DNA of 64,000 nucleotides from an uncultured Planctomycetaceae bacterium. GTDB taxonomy: Bacteria > Planctomycetota > Planctomycetia > Pirellulales > Thermoguttaceae. Below, piece after piece: positions 45,041 through 54,448 of the stretch (the first letter of the stretch is position 1; every line of letters begins with the position of its first letter). The position numbers were made by a program, and so were the translations under genes. The notes beneath the pieces are model-generated. The model was not told the DNA's origin and did not search any database. It was given only the letters and a program-made list of their open reading frames with translations. The stretch covers positions 2,579,548 through 2,643,547 of the forward strand of contig CAWDLR010000003.1 in NCBI GenBank assembly GCA_963803125.1. Reading direction: 5' to 3'.

Positions 45041-46434
45041 ATGGACGACTTGCCAACGGCGGCGGTGTGTGAGCCGAGTCAATCGGCAGAAGTTGAACGG
45101 GTAATTGCACTTGTGATGAAGGCCATTGAAGGCGACGTGCGCAGGATCGCCGAAGCGATGGTCCTCAAGCGCGACGACCAGTTGTTGGGGCCAGGCGAGT
45201 TTGATCTTCGCAATAAGGTGCTGGGGATGGCTCGTCACATGCTTGAGGCAACGGTCAACGACCGTAAAAAAGGGGGTATCAAGGTTCCAGCACGATCTGT
45301 CCGCAGTGCGGCGAAAACGCCCGCTTCGTCGAGTGGCGGAACAAGACGTTCGTGAGTTTGTTTGGCGAAGTCACCATCCGGTTCGCCTACTATCACTGCA
45401 AGCATTGCGGAAAGGGATGGCGGCCGTGGTGCGACAAGTTGCGGTTGAGTAACGGGGCGTTGACGCCAGCCGCCGACGAAATCGCGGCGCTGGCTGGCGT
45501 GTTGGGCAGCTTCGCCGACGGCGCCGAACGAGTGTTGTGGAAGATGGCCGGTTTGCAAATGAGCGAATCGACGGTGGAGCGCACCACCGAGGCGGCAGGC
45601 GAGCGCGTTCGCCAACAACTTCGCGGGGGACAATCACTTGGTCTAACGCGCGACTGGCAGTGGCAGCGCGACGCCCGCGGACAACGTTGCGCCTACGTCA
45701 GTCTCGACGCCACGGGCGTGCGTCAACAAGATTCCGGCGGTCACCACGCAGAGGGCCGGATGGCTTACGTAGGTATGGTCTACAATCCACAAAGCGAACA
45801 CGATTCCAAGCGGCCGCCGCCGCGCCAAGTACGCTATTTATCAGGCTTTTTCGAGCTTGACGACCTCGGACGGCAACTTCATCGCGAGGCGTTGGAGGTC
45901 GGCTGGGCCAACGCCGATCAACACATCGCGCTCAGCGACGGAGGATCGGGCTTGGAGCCGTTTTTCAAGCGGTTCTTTCCCAAGGCCGTTTGCATTCTCG
46001 ACTTCTTTCATGCCAAGGAATATCTCGTGGAATTGAGCCAGGCGCTGTATGGCGAAGACGAGTCGGGGCGACAAGCATGGCTCGACGATATGTGCCATCG
46101 TTTGAAACACGAAGGCGGTCCGACGGTGCGACGATGTTTGCAGGAATTGGACCTTGGCGCAGCCTCGACGGCGCTTCGGGAAGAGCATCGCCAAGTGGTG
46201 CAATACTATCGCAATCACGAGCACCGCATGGACTACCCGACCTACGTCCGCAACGGTTGGCAGATTGGTTCGGGCCCGGTGGAGTCGGCCTGCAAGACGG
46301 TCGTGGGCAACCGGCTGAAGGGTGGTGGAATGCGTTGGAGTGAGGATGGAGCGGACGCCGTTTGTCACCTCCGCGCCCTCTACCTCAGCGAGTCCGTCTG
46401 TTGGGAATCCTTCTGGAATCCTCCCCCCAACTGA
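45041..46434 (+). CDS. ISKra4-family-like DDE transposase in two frames (45041-45271 and 45268-46434) joined at an A6G5 run
   Basis: orfA is MDDLPTAAV...EATVNDRKK. The -1 frame continues RGYQGSSTICPQCGENARFVEWRNKTFVSLFGEVTIRFAYYHCKHCGKGW...VSLDATGV...ALSDGGSGLE..ILDFFHAKEYL. The zinc-ribbon motif is split from its N-terminal domain only by the frame change. Confidence 0.75.
45266..45276 (+). promoter_or_regulatory. Candidate -1 frameshift / transcriptional slippage site (AAAAAAGGGGG)
   Basis: The 0-frame reads CGT AAA AAA GGG GGT. The -1 frame is closed by TAA at 45265-45267 and open from 45268. The A6 run sits exactly at the junction of the two transposase frames. Confidence 0.5.
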
Positions 46435-46487
46435 CGCCACCCACAAACTTGACGCTCACACCAGCGCCGGTCAGTTTTCCAATCTAC

Positions 46488-48042
46488 GTGGCACGCAATG
46501 CCATTTCCAGTTTACTGTGTTATGCCGCTTGTAACTGTTGTTGAATCTTGACTTTCTGTTCTTCTGTCAGCCGCAGCAAGACCGGCGGGTGTGGCGCCGT
46601 GTGAGCTTTGCGACGCGGCCATTCCCGCTTCTGTTTCGGGCTGGTACGCACACGCCGTTCGCGTTGCGCTCGGGCAATCCTTTCACGAAATGGCTTGGAT
46701 TCCCTACGGCCTAACATGTCACGACGCACCTCCAGCAACACCCCCCGTGGGCTGCACATTATCGGGAGGCTGTCTTTCGGCGGTGCCGGCATCGCCAACG
46801 CGCCTTGACAAAGCAATAACTGCGTTGCGATCATCGAAGCCTCTGCCTCGCGATGCACTAGCCGTAGCGTCCGACTCATCAACGCCACTTTCTTCAAGGT
46901 TCGCTTGTAGGTTCTGAAAAATCCCTCGTTTTCCCACCTCCAACGATAACAAGTTCCCGCCATCTCCAAGGATAGCTGCTTCGCATCTTCCACGTTCGTA
47001 AACAGCCAGACGTCCACCTTATGACGGCAACTGTGAATCCGCAGCAATCGGCCGCGAATCGGCGGCTTGCCGTCCTCCTGCTGGCTCTTCGGCCAATAAT
47101 AGACAATCCCTTCGCGGAACTCCTCCAACAGTTCCTGGGTTTCGCTGTAAAAGGTGGCCTTGGAGGACATGCGGATGAGAAAGGACACGTTCGCCAAGAT
47201 CATGGTCGCGGCCACGTTGTAGCCCACATATCCCGCGTCGGCCACCACCAACGCCGCCGCTGGCAGCCAACGCAGCATGTACATGAGGTGACTTCGTTCG
47301 CTGGCTTTGCCCCCCTTCCCCAATCGCCAGCAAAAGGGAATGCCCAAGGTAAGATGCACGATCGAGGTGTTCCAGATCGTCGGTGACGAATCCTCTTTGC
47401 CGCCGCTTCCCAAGCGTTGCTCCAGTTCCTCGGTGCGGGGACACGTCTGCCGCGTGCCATCACAGCCAAAGGGGATGAAGTTTCCCACTTTCCACTGATT
47501 GCCGAAAATGACTTCCATCCGTGCGCGCAGGGCCGCCGCCAACGCCCGCAGGATGGGCATGGGAAGTTTGGCGATGGCCTTTTCAAAGCCGGAAAAGTGC
47601 TGGCCCGGCCGTTTTCGTTTTGGACAACTGGCGACATAGAACATTCTGGCGGCTTCAAACTTTTCCGGGAGGCTGTCGCCACAGCAATAGGTCGTCAGGA
47701 TGATGATGTAAAGCAAAGGATGCAAGTCCCAACGCGGGCATTTCCTGCGTTTTGGAGCATTTCGGACTTGCTTGAAAACTTCCGGCGTGAGAAACTCTCG
47801 CATCGAGCCGATCAACGATTTCGCCCGCCGTCGTTGGCGGGCCCGCTTCCTTGCGTTGGCCATTTGCCGTTCCTTCCATGATGGGGTTTGGTGTTGTGAC
47901 CCCCTATCATTGCTGGAACGGCTTTTTCATGCGCGGTCAATTCACCGCCATTTTCCCAAAGCACATTTTCAACGCAACCCTCGACCTCGCAAAAGATTAC
48001 ATCAAAACCGCTTCCAATCAAGCCTTGGCATTGCGTGGCACG
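46488..48042 (-). mobile_element. Candidate extent of the IS4-like element (boundaries uncertain)
   Basis: CGTGGCACGCAATGCCA at 46488-46504 and TGGCATTGCGTGGCACG at 48026-48042 form a 16/17 inverted repeat bracketing the transposase. No clear TSD. The right arm overlaps a REP-like palindrome. Confidence 0.35.
46520..47863 (-). CDS. IS4-superfamily DDE transposase
   Basis: VVADAGYVGY (D). C-terminal Y-2-R-3-E-6-K signature in YRWRWENEGFFRTYK. Basic N-terminus. Confidence 0.8.
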   Translation of the reverse strand: MANARKRARQRRRAKSLIGSMREFLTPEVFKQVRNAPKRRKCPRWDLHPLLYIIILTTYCCGDSLPEKFEAARMFYVASCPKRKRPGQHFSGFEKAIAKLPMPILRALAAALRARMEVIFGNQWKVGNFIPFGCDGTRQTCPRTEELEQRLGSGGKEDSSPTIWNTSIVHLTLGIPFCWRLGKGGKASERSHLMYMLRWLPAAALVVADAGYVGYNVAATMILANVSFLIRMSSKATFYSETQELLEEFREGIVYYWPKSQQEDGKPPIRGRLLRIHSCRHKVDVWLFTNVEDAKQLSLEMAGTCYRWRWENEGFFRTYKRTLKKVALMSRTLRLVHREAEASMIATQLLLCQGALAMPAPPKDSLPIMCSPRGVLLEVRRDMLGRRESKPFRERIARAQRERRVRTSPKQKREWPRRKAHTAPHPPVLLRLTEEQKVKIQQQLQAA

Positions 48043-48175
48043 GGCATCCTGCCCGTGGCCGCAAGACACGGGCAAGATGCCCGTGCCACTTCAAACATCG
48101 TTACCCAACTTGAATAACCGATTGGCCCTTACCGCGACGGCCTTCGGCTTGCCGGCGCTGGGATTTCGCGACAGA

Positions 48176-50689
48176 ATGACGTCCATGCCGATTTCCAACA
48201 GACCCGTCGATTCGCGGCCCCGTAGGCCGCGCTATCAGCCGCTGGTGAACGTCCTGTTAGCCGTTGCGGCCGGCATCCTGGTTGACCGCTTCTGGCCGCT
48301 GCCGTTTCCGGCATGGGGGACGTTGGCTGTCGCCGGCTTGCTGCTCTGGGCCGTTGGTACGGCCTCGCGGCGCGTGCCGCTTCTCCTCGCCAGCGTGCTG
48401 CTCCTCTTGGCGGTGGCGGCGACGGCGGGGGCGTGGCGGCACTGCTGCTGGAACCTCTTCTCCGCCGACGACCTGGGCCGCTATGCCCGCCGCAACCCAC
48501 AGCCGATCGCCGTCAACGCCGTGGTGCTCGAATCGCCGCGGGCCCTCCCCCCACTGCCGTCCGATGCGTTGCGAGCAACGCCGGCACGCGAGGGAGCCCG
48601 GCTGACTGTCGACCTGCGCGGGTTGCGGAACGGCGCCGCCTGGCAGCCAGCCTCTGGTCGGGCGACGCTGTTCGTGGCGGGCGAGCCGCCGAGCGTCGAG
48701 CCGGGCGATTGCGTCCGTTGCTTCGTCCACCTCTCCGCCCCCGAGGGGCCGCAAAACCCCGGCGAAGCCGATCGTGCCGCCCGGCTCCGCGCCGATCGCA
48801 TCCTGAGCTGCCTTTCGGCCAAGACGGCCGATTGCGTTTCAGTCACAAAGACCGGATCCGAGTGCAATCTCTGGCGGCAACTCGGCCGCGTTCGCTCGTT
48901 CGGCAATCATACGCTAAAACGATACCTGGACCAGCAACGGGCCGAGTTGGCCGCCGCCGTGCTGCTCGGGCTGCGCGAGGAGCTCGACGCCGGGCGAAAC
49001 GAGGCCTTTCTCACCACCGGCGCCGTTCACGTCCTCTGCATCTCCGGCCTGCACGTCGGTATCTTGGCGGGTGCCCTGTTCTGGATCATGCAGCGAACGC
49101 GAATCCCCCGCGGCTGGGCGGTGGCTTCGGTCGCCGCCATCACGCTGCTCTACGCGATCATGGTTGACGTTAGCCCGTCCGTGGTCCGGGCGACGATTCT
49201 GGTGCTGATCGTCTGCATTGCCGCCTGGCTCGGCCGCCGCCCGCTGGGTTTCAGTTCGCTGGCCGCTGCGGCGCTGGTCGTATTGGCGGTCAATCCCGAA
49301 CACCTGTTCCACACCGGCGCCCAACTGTCCTTCCTCTGCGTCGCCGTGCTGATCTGGTTCGCCAACCGCCGGCCACATTGGGATGACGACGTGGCAGCAA
49401 CTAAGACAACGCTCGACCGCCTGGTTCAGCAGAATCTGAGCTGGCCCGCGCGGAACCGGGCGAAGCTCAAACGAAGCGTGGTCGGCATCGCCGAGGCCGG
49501 TCTGTTGCTTTGGGTGCTGGCGCTGCCGCTGGTCATGGCGCGGTTTCATATTCTCTCACTGGTGGCGCTGGTGCTGAATGTGTTGCTCTGGCCGCTGATA
49601 TCGATGTGCCTTTTGAGCGGATTTGCGGTATTGTTGTTCGGCCCGCTCTGTCCGCCGCTGGGATACCTCTGCGGCTCGATGTGCAACGGAGGCCTTTGGC
49701 TGCTGGAAGGGGGCGTAAAGCTGGGCGATCGCCTGCCGTACGGCCATTTCTGGCTGCCCGGGCCGGCCGATTGGTGGCTGTGGGGATTTTACGGCGCCGT
49801 GGGTTTGGCCGTCGCGTTTCCGCGGCTTCGCCCCCGGTGGCGTTGGTGCGTCGCGTTATTGGCCGCGTGGATCGCCCTCGGCTTTGCGGCCTCCGCGTGG
49901 CGGCACGATCGCAGCCGGCTCGATTGCACCTTTCTCAGCGTCGGCCACGGCTGCGCGGTCTTCATCGAGTTTCCCTCCGGCAAAACCATGCTCTACGACG
50001 CCGGGCGGATGGGCGAGCCCGCCCTGGGCGCCCGCACCATCGCCGGTTTCCTCTGGGATCGCGGCCTGTCGCATCTCGACGCCGTGGTCCTCTCCCATTC
50101 CGATATCGACCACTACAACGCCCTGCCGGAGTTGCTCGGCAAGTTCTCGGTCGGAGCGGTCTACGTTTCGCCGGTGATGTTCGAGAAGCACAACCGCATG
50201 ATCGCGGCCTTGCACGACGCGATCGAGCAGAATCGAGTCCCATTGCAGGAAGTGAGCGCGGGCAAGCGTCTCCCGGCGGGCGGCGATTGCCTGGTCGAGG
50301 TGCTGCACCCGCCACCCAGCGGCATCCCCGGCTCGGACAACGCCAACAGCGTGGTGCTGGCGGTCGAGTATCGCCGCCGGCGGATCGTCTTGCCCGGCGA
50401 CTTGGAATCGCCGGGGCTCGACGAGATGCTGGCGCAGCAGCCGCGGCAGTGCGAGGTGCTGATGGCCCCGCATCACGGCAGCCGCAAGAGCAATTCGCCC
50501 GCCCTGGCCGCCTGGTGCAGACCGCGCTGGGTCGTCTTCAGCGGCGATGGCCGCTGGAACCTGCCGGCGATCAACCAGACCTATCAAGCCGTCGGCAGCC
50601 AGACGCTGCACACGCACGCCTGCGGCGCGATCCGCGTGCAAATCGGCGACGGCGGAGTTGAGGTATCGCAATTTGTCAAACCGTTGTAA
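48176..50689 (+). CDS. comEC: DNA internalization competence protein ComEC/Rec2 (DUF4131, competence and metallo-beta-lactamase domains)
   Basis: ATG 48176. TM-rich competence core (TGAVHVLCISGLHVGILAG ... LSFLCV). C-terminal MBL domain (FLSVGHGCAVFIEF..GKTMLYDAG ... LSHSDIDHYNAL ... LMAPHHGS). Confidence 0.85.
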   Translation: MTSMPISNRPVDSRPRRPRYQPLVNVLLAVAAGILVDRFWPLPFPAWGTLAVAGLLLWAVGTASRRVPLLLASVLLLLAVAATAGAWRHCCWNLFSADDLGRYARRNPQPIAVNAVVLESPRALPPLPSDALRATPAREGARLTVDLRGLRNGAAWQPASGRATLFVAGEPPSVEPGDCVRCFVHLSAPEGPQNPGEADRAARLRADRILSCLSAKTADCVSVTKTGSECNLWRQLGRVRSFGNHTLKRYLDQQRAELAAAVLLGLREELDAGRNEAFLTTGAVHVLCISGLHVGILAGALFWIMQRTRIPRGWAVASVAAITLLYAIMVDVSPSVVRATILVLIVCIAAWLGRRPLGFSSLAAAALVVLAVNPEHLFHTGAQLSFLCVAVLIWFANRRPHWDDDVAATKTTLDRLVQQNLSWPARNRAKLKRSVVGIAEAGLLLWVLALPLVMARFHILSLVALVLNVLLWPLISMCLLSGFAVLLFGPLCPPLGYLCGSMCNGGLWLLEGGVKLGDRLPYGHFWLPGPADWWLWGFYGAVGLAVAFPRLRPRWRWCVALLAAWIALGFAASAWRHDRSRLDCTFLSVGHGCAVFIEFPSGKTMLYDAGRMGEPALGARTIAGFLWDRGLSHLDAVVLSHSDIDHYNALPELLGKFSVGAVYVSPVMFEKHNRMIAALHDAIEQNRVPLQEVSAGKRLPAGGDCLVEVLHPPPSGIPGSDNANSVVLAVEYRRRRIVLPGDLESPGLDEMLAQQPRQCEVLMAPHHGSRKSNSPALAAWCRPRWVVFSGDGRWNLPAINQTYQAVGSQTLHTHACGAIRVQIGDGGVEVSQFVKPL

Positions 50690-50710
50690 CCTTCACCCGG
50701 CAATCCGCTC

Positions 50711-50869
50711 GTTCCCACGCGGAGCGTGGGAACCAGGGAACGCGCAAACCGCACCATTCCCTCGTTCCCACGCTCTGCGTGGGAACGCCCTAGCCCTCGG
50801 CGCTGCGCGTCATTCGCTGCGACGCCGAGCGTCGGGGGAGGGGCGGTTCCCACGCGGAGTGTGGGAACC
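50711..50869. repeat. REP family C cluster
   Basis: Units at 50711-50733, 50764-50786 and 50847-50869, each followed by CAGGGAACGCGCAAAC in two cases. Confidence 0.85.
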
Positions 50870-50890
50870 AGGGAACGCGCAAACTACACC

Positions 50891-51547
50891 ATGCAGCTAA
50901 TCTTGCGAACACTGATCATTTTGCAGACGATTGCCGTCGAGTTGGCGGCATTGGCTGCGATGGACGACGTCGAGACGGCCCCAATCTCGGGGCCGATGCT
51001 CGCCGCCTCGGGCCTGATCGTCGCTTACCTCTCGTTTCGCCGCAACCGGCCCTGTGGGCTCTGCTTCGGGTCGATCGCGCCGACCGCTTATGTGCTATCC
51101 TTCTCGCTTATCAGCGGATTGGGCTGGAGCAAATACGACGCGTGGACGCCGATGTTCGTCATCGTCGCCGTGGTTGCCGCGTTTCATGTGGTGGCGGCGT
51201 TTCTTGCGATCGGCGAAATCGCCGCAACGCTGGAGGATAATCGCCCGAAGCTCCCCTTTCAGTTCAGCATCTTCTCCATGCTGGTGCTGATGCTGCTGGT
51301 TTCGATCTTTTTCGGATCGTACCAAACCTTCGGTCCGGCTGGGGCGGGAATCGGGGCGCTGTTTGCCTATGCGGTCATCCTCACCTATTTGCTGCGGCAG
51401 TTTCACCTCATGCGCGTGCGGCAAAAAGAAGAGCTTCGCGAGAAAAGTTGGCCCTCCGCTTCGCGCGACACGGCAATCCGGAAAAACGAGGGAGCGTCCC
51501 GAGAACAGCCGGCACCTCACCCAGTTCGCAACCTGAGACAACTGTGA
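50891..51547 (+). CDS. Hypothetical polytopic membrane protein
   Basis: ATG 50891 lies just after a REP cluster. About 6 hydrophobic segments. Its stop overlaps the next gene's GTG (GTGA, 51544-51547). Confidence 0.5.
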   Translation: MQLILRTLIILQTIAVELAALAAMDDVETAPISGPMLAASGLIVAYLSFRRNRPCGLCFGSIAPTAYVLSFSLISGLGWSKYDAWTPMFVIVAVVAAFHVVAAFLAIGEIAATLEDNRPKLPFQFSIFSMLVLMLLVSIFFGSYQTFGPAGAGIGALFAYAVILTYLLRQFHLMRVRQKEELREKSWPSASRDTAIRKNEGASREQPAPHPVRNLRQL

Positions 51548-52091
51548 CCGTGACCATTGACAACAACGGCGCAGCGACGTTGACCAATAATCAGGGCACA
51601 TCCTGCCGTCCGCTGGTGCTGCTGGCGATCGCGATTGCGGCGGTGATTTTTATCTTCCCGCTCTTGCTGCGATTCCCGCTGTTGGATCCCGACGAGGGCC
51701 TGCACGCCTCGATCGCCCAGGAGATGGTGGAACGCGGCGACTGGATCGTGCCCCGCTTTCTCGGTCAGCCCTTCTTCGACAAGCCGATCCTCTATTTCTG
51801 GATTCAGGCGGCGTCGCTGCGGCTGTTCGGCTGGAACGAGACGGCCGTGCGGTTGCCGGGGCTGATGTTCGGCCTGCTCGGCGCGGTGACGACGGGGTTG
51901 CTGGCCTGGCGGATGTTCGGCCGCAAGACCGGCTGGATCGCCGGCATCTTCTACGCCACGACCATCCTGCCCACCGCATTGGCCCAGGCGGCCTCGCACG
52001 ACGTCGCCCTGGTCCCCTGGGTCAATCTGGCAATGCTGCTGCTCTGGGATGCGGAATGTAGGAGGCGTCTGCGGGCACCGATCCCAGAACT

Positions 52092-52131
52092 CCCCTCGCC
52101 CGCTCACGGGAGAGGGGCAGGGGGTGAGGGC
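52092..52131. repeat. REP family F unit (CCCCTCGCCCGCTCACGGGAGAGGGGCAGGGGGTGAGGGC) inside ArnT-like gene 1
   Basis: Translated as PSPAHGRGAGGEG. The family also occurs at 56505-56655 and 58762-58856. Confidence 0.8.
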
Positions 52132-52603
52132 GTCGCACAGAACCCTCGGACGCCATTCTCGCGCGCGATCCTCGCCTGTTGGCCCAACGGCGCCGGAAGG
52201 CGCCTCCTGCAACCCTTCTGCGAGACCGTCGGCGCCGGGCTGTTTCTCGGGCTGTCGATTCTGACGAAGGGCCTCCTGGGCGTGGCCGTCGTGGGGCTGG
52301 CTTTCGGCGGCTATCTGCTGATTGCCCGGCGAGTGACGATCGCGGCGTTGCTGCAAGCCACGGCCGTGCTGTTGATCGCTGTCGCCGTGGCCGCACCGTG
52401 GTATCTTGCCGTCGAGGCGCGACAGGCCGGTTTTCTCCACTACTACTTCTTCGAACGCCACGTCCTCGGCTTCGCCACCGGCAAGCAACCGCACAGCGAT
52501 CAGCCCTGGTGGTATTATCTGCCGATCCTGCTCGGCGGCGGACTGCCGTGGATCGCCTATCTGCGCTGGGCGGCAGGCGGGGGCCGAGATTTCGCAGATG
52601 ACC

Positions 52604-52692
52604 GTTTAGCCGTCGCGTCCACGCGACGTGGAATTACCGGCGCATTTCGATCTTATCTTCACTTCATCGCCGCGTGGACGCGGCGGCTAAAC
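52604..52692. repeat. REP family I pair inside ArnT-like gene 1
   Basis: Arms at 52604-52628 and 52670-52692. The ORF stays open through it. Confidence 0.8.
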
Positions 52693-52893
52693 GCTGGTTC
52701 TCAATCCTCGACCGCCGATTCTCCGCCCTCCGCTCTCCCTTTCCTCTGGTTCTGGCTGATCGGCTGGGTCGTTTTCTTGACCGTGGCGCGGTCGAAACTG
52801 GCGACGTACCTTTGGCCGGCGTTTCCGCCGCTGGCGATCTTGGCGGCGGTGGCCTGGACGCGGGCGATCGCCGGTTCGCTCGGCGCCATCGAG

Positions 52894-52938
52894 GGGGACC
52901 GTCCCATTTTCGTTGACACGAAAATTGGGACAGTCCCC
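52894..52938. repeat. REP family G unit inside ArnT-like gene 1
   Basis: Translated as GDRPIFVDTKIGTVPG. Confidence 0.8.
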
Positions 52939-53625
52939 GGCGAGGCGGCCAGGCGATCGTTCGCCCGCTCGTTCGTCAGCTCTTGTTGGGGCGGACCGAT
53001 CGTGTTGCCGGCAGCCGTGGCGGTGCTGCAATCGGCGCTGGCGTTCCGCTTCGCTTGGCCGGTCTGGCTGGCGGTGATCGCGGTGGCCGCGGTGTCGCCG
53101 TTGCCGCTGGTTCCCTGGCGCGGGCCGGCGGCAGGCGGCCATGGCGGCGGCGGCGCTCTCGCTGGCCGCGCAGTTCGTCGTGGTGATGACGTTGATTCTG
53201 CCGCCGCTTGCGGAAATGTACTCCGCCCGCGATTTGGCCGAGCATTTTAATCGCACCGGCGAGTTTCCGCCGCGGCTGTTTGTGGCGGAAGAGCGCGCCG
53301 GCTCGCTGGTGTTTTATCTCAACGCCGCGCTCTGCGCCGAACTTACCGAGGGCCGGCTTCAGTTTCTTCCCACCGATCCGCCGACGCCGCTACGGCCCGG
53401 CGACGTGGTGGCCGTCAAAGATCGGAATCTATCGAAGGCCGAGCAGTGGCTCGACCTCGACGACAGCCCCTACCAGCGCGTCGGGCAATATCGCTTGTAC
53501 CGTCTGGCGAAACCGCAAGCGGGAAATTGAGATCGAGCGTCTATCTAAGTGCGAGCGAATAGAACTTGTGCTCACAGTAGCCCGCACACGCCGTGTGCGC
53601 GGCGGCGGCACACGGCGTGTGCCGC

Positions 53626-54324
53626 CTACTTCCCTGTACCGGTCCACTTAGCCCGCCAGCGAGACTCCCAACGCTCGAACCAGACGGGGAGTCGTCCCAC
53701 GTACAGCAGGAAGGTCGCGGCGAGACAACCGGCCACCGCGCCGGCGCAGACGTCGCTGGGGAAGTGGGCCCCCGAGACGATCCGCTGGCAGCCGACCAGC
53801 ACCGCCAGCAGCGTGAACAGCAGCCGGCCTTGCGGATAAAGCCAGATCAAGGCGGCGGCAAGCCCGACGGCGGTGGCCGTGTGCGCCGAAGGGAAGCCCT
53901 GCGTGCCGCTCTGGCCGCTGAGCATCGGCAGCCAGCGGCCGAACGTCTCCCAAACCGAGCCGCTGAAGTCGAGCGGAACGTCGTTCGGTCGGGTGCGAAT
54001 GATCAGCATTTTCAGCAGGTCGGCCACTCCGCCGGCTGCCAACGCGCAGGCCGCCACCCGCGGTATGGCCCAGCGGCGGCGGGCGTCGAGTTGATGCAGC
54101 ACCACCAAGATCAGCGCCACCCCAATTCCGTGCCCGAACGGCTCGAAGATGTCGAAATAGCCCAGATAGGCATGGGTGGTTTGGTCGAATTCCGTGCTCG
54201 CCCGGTCGTTCCAACGCCGCAGTTTTATGCCCACCGGCAGATCGATGGCCAGCGCAGCAACCGCGGCCACAGCCAGCAGCAGGGGCAACAGAAATCTGCG
54301 AGAAACTGGGCGGCTGTCGGGCAT
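53626..54324 (-). CDS. PAP2-family phosphatase (lipid phosphate / undecaprenyl-diphosphate phosphatase-like)
   Basis: ATG 54324. The three PAP2 motifs are present: LKMLIIRTRPND, GFPSAHTA, QRIVSGAHFPSDV. Confidence 0.8.
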   Translation of the reverse strand: MPDSRPVSRRFLLPLLLAVAAVAALAIDLPVGIKLRRWNDRASTEFDQTTHAYLGYFDIFEPFGHGIGVALILVVLHQLDARRRWAIPRVAACALAAGGVADLLKMLIIRTRPNDVPLDFSGSVWETFGRWLPMLSGQSGTQGFPSAHTATAVGLAAALIWLYPQGRLLFTLLAVLVGCQRIVSGAHFPSDVCAGAVAGCLAATFLLYVGRLPVWFERWESRWRAKWTGTGK

Positions 54325-54448
54325 GGCGGAAGTGGTGTTGGCCTGGCGGGGCCGATGGCTTACAGTGTGCATAAACCTTCCGCCGCACCCTGTCAAGTCC
54401 AACGAAGCGGGCGGTTGCGTCCATCTTCGGCAACAAAGGATCGCCGAA

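Larger units (their letters stand above)
44945..46463 (+). mobile_element. ISKra4-like insertion sequence with 26-bp imperfect terminal IRs and 7-bp target-site duplication
   Basis: IRL 44945-44970 is GGTGTGAGCGTCTTGATTGTGGGTGG. The reverse complement of IRR 46438-46463 is GGTGTGAGCGTCAAGTTTGTGGGTGG (23/26 match). The element is flanked by direct AGCGCCG at 44938-44944 and 46464-46470. Confidence 0.8.
51544..53530 (+). pseudogene. ArnT/PMT_2-like GT39 glycosyltransferase, apparently frame-shifted near 53120
   Basis: N-terminal GT39 signature (LLDPDEGLHASIAQEMVERGDWIVPRFLGQPFFDKPILYFWIQAA). The main frame degenerates after ..PLVPWR. The +1 frame (ORF 53141-53530, open from about 53111) gives AGRRQAAMAAAALSLAAQFVVVMTLILPPLAEMYSARDLA..SLVFYLN, which parallels the C-terminus of the paralog at 54449-56479. 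Confidence 0.65.

Noticed and set aside
49510-50671. 383-aa (+) and 271-aa (-) ORFs inside comEC
   Set aside because: They overlap the MBL domain of ComEC and are Arg-rich shadow ORFs.
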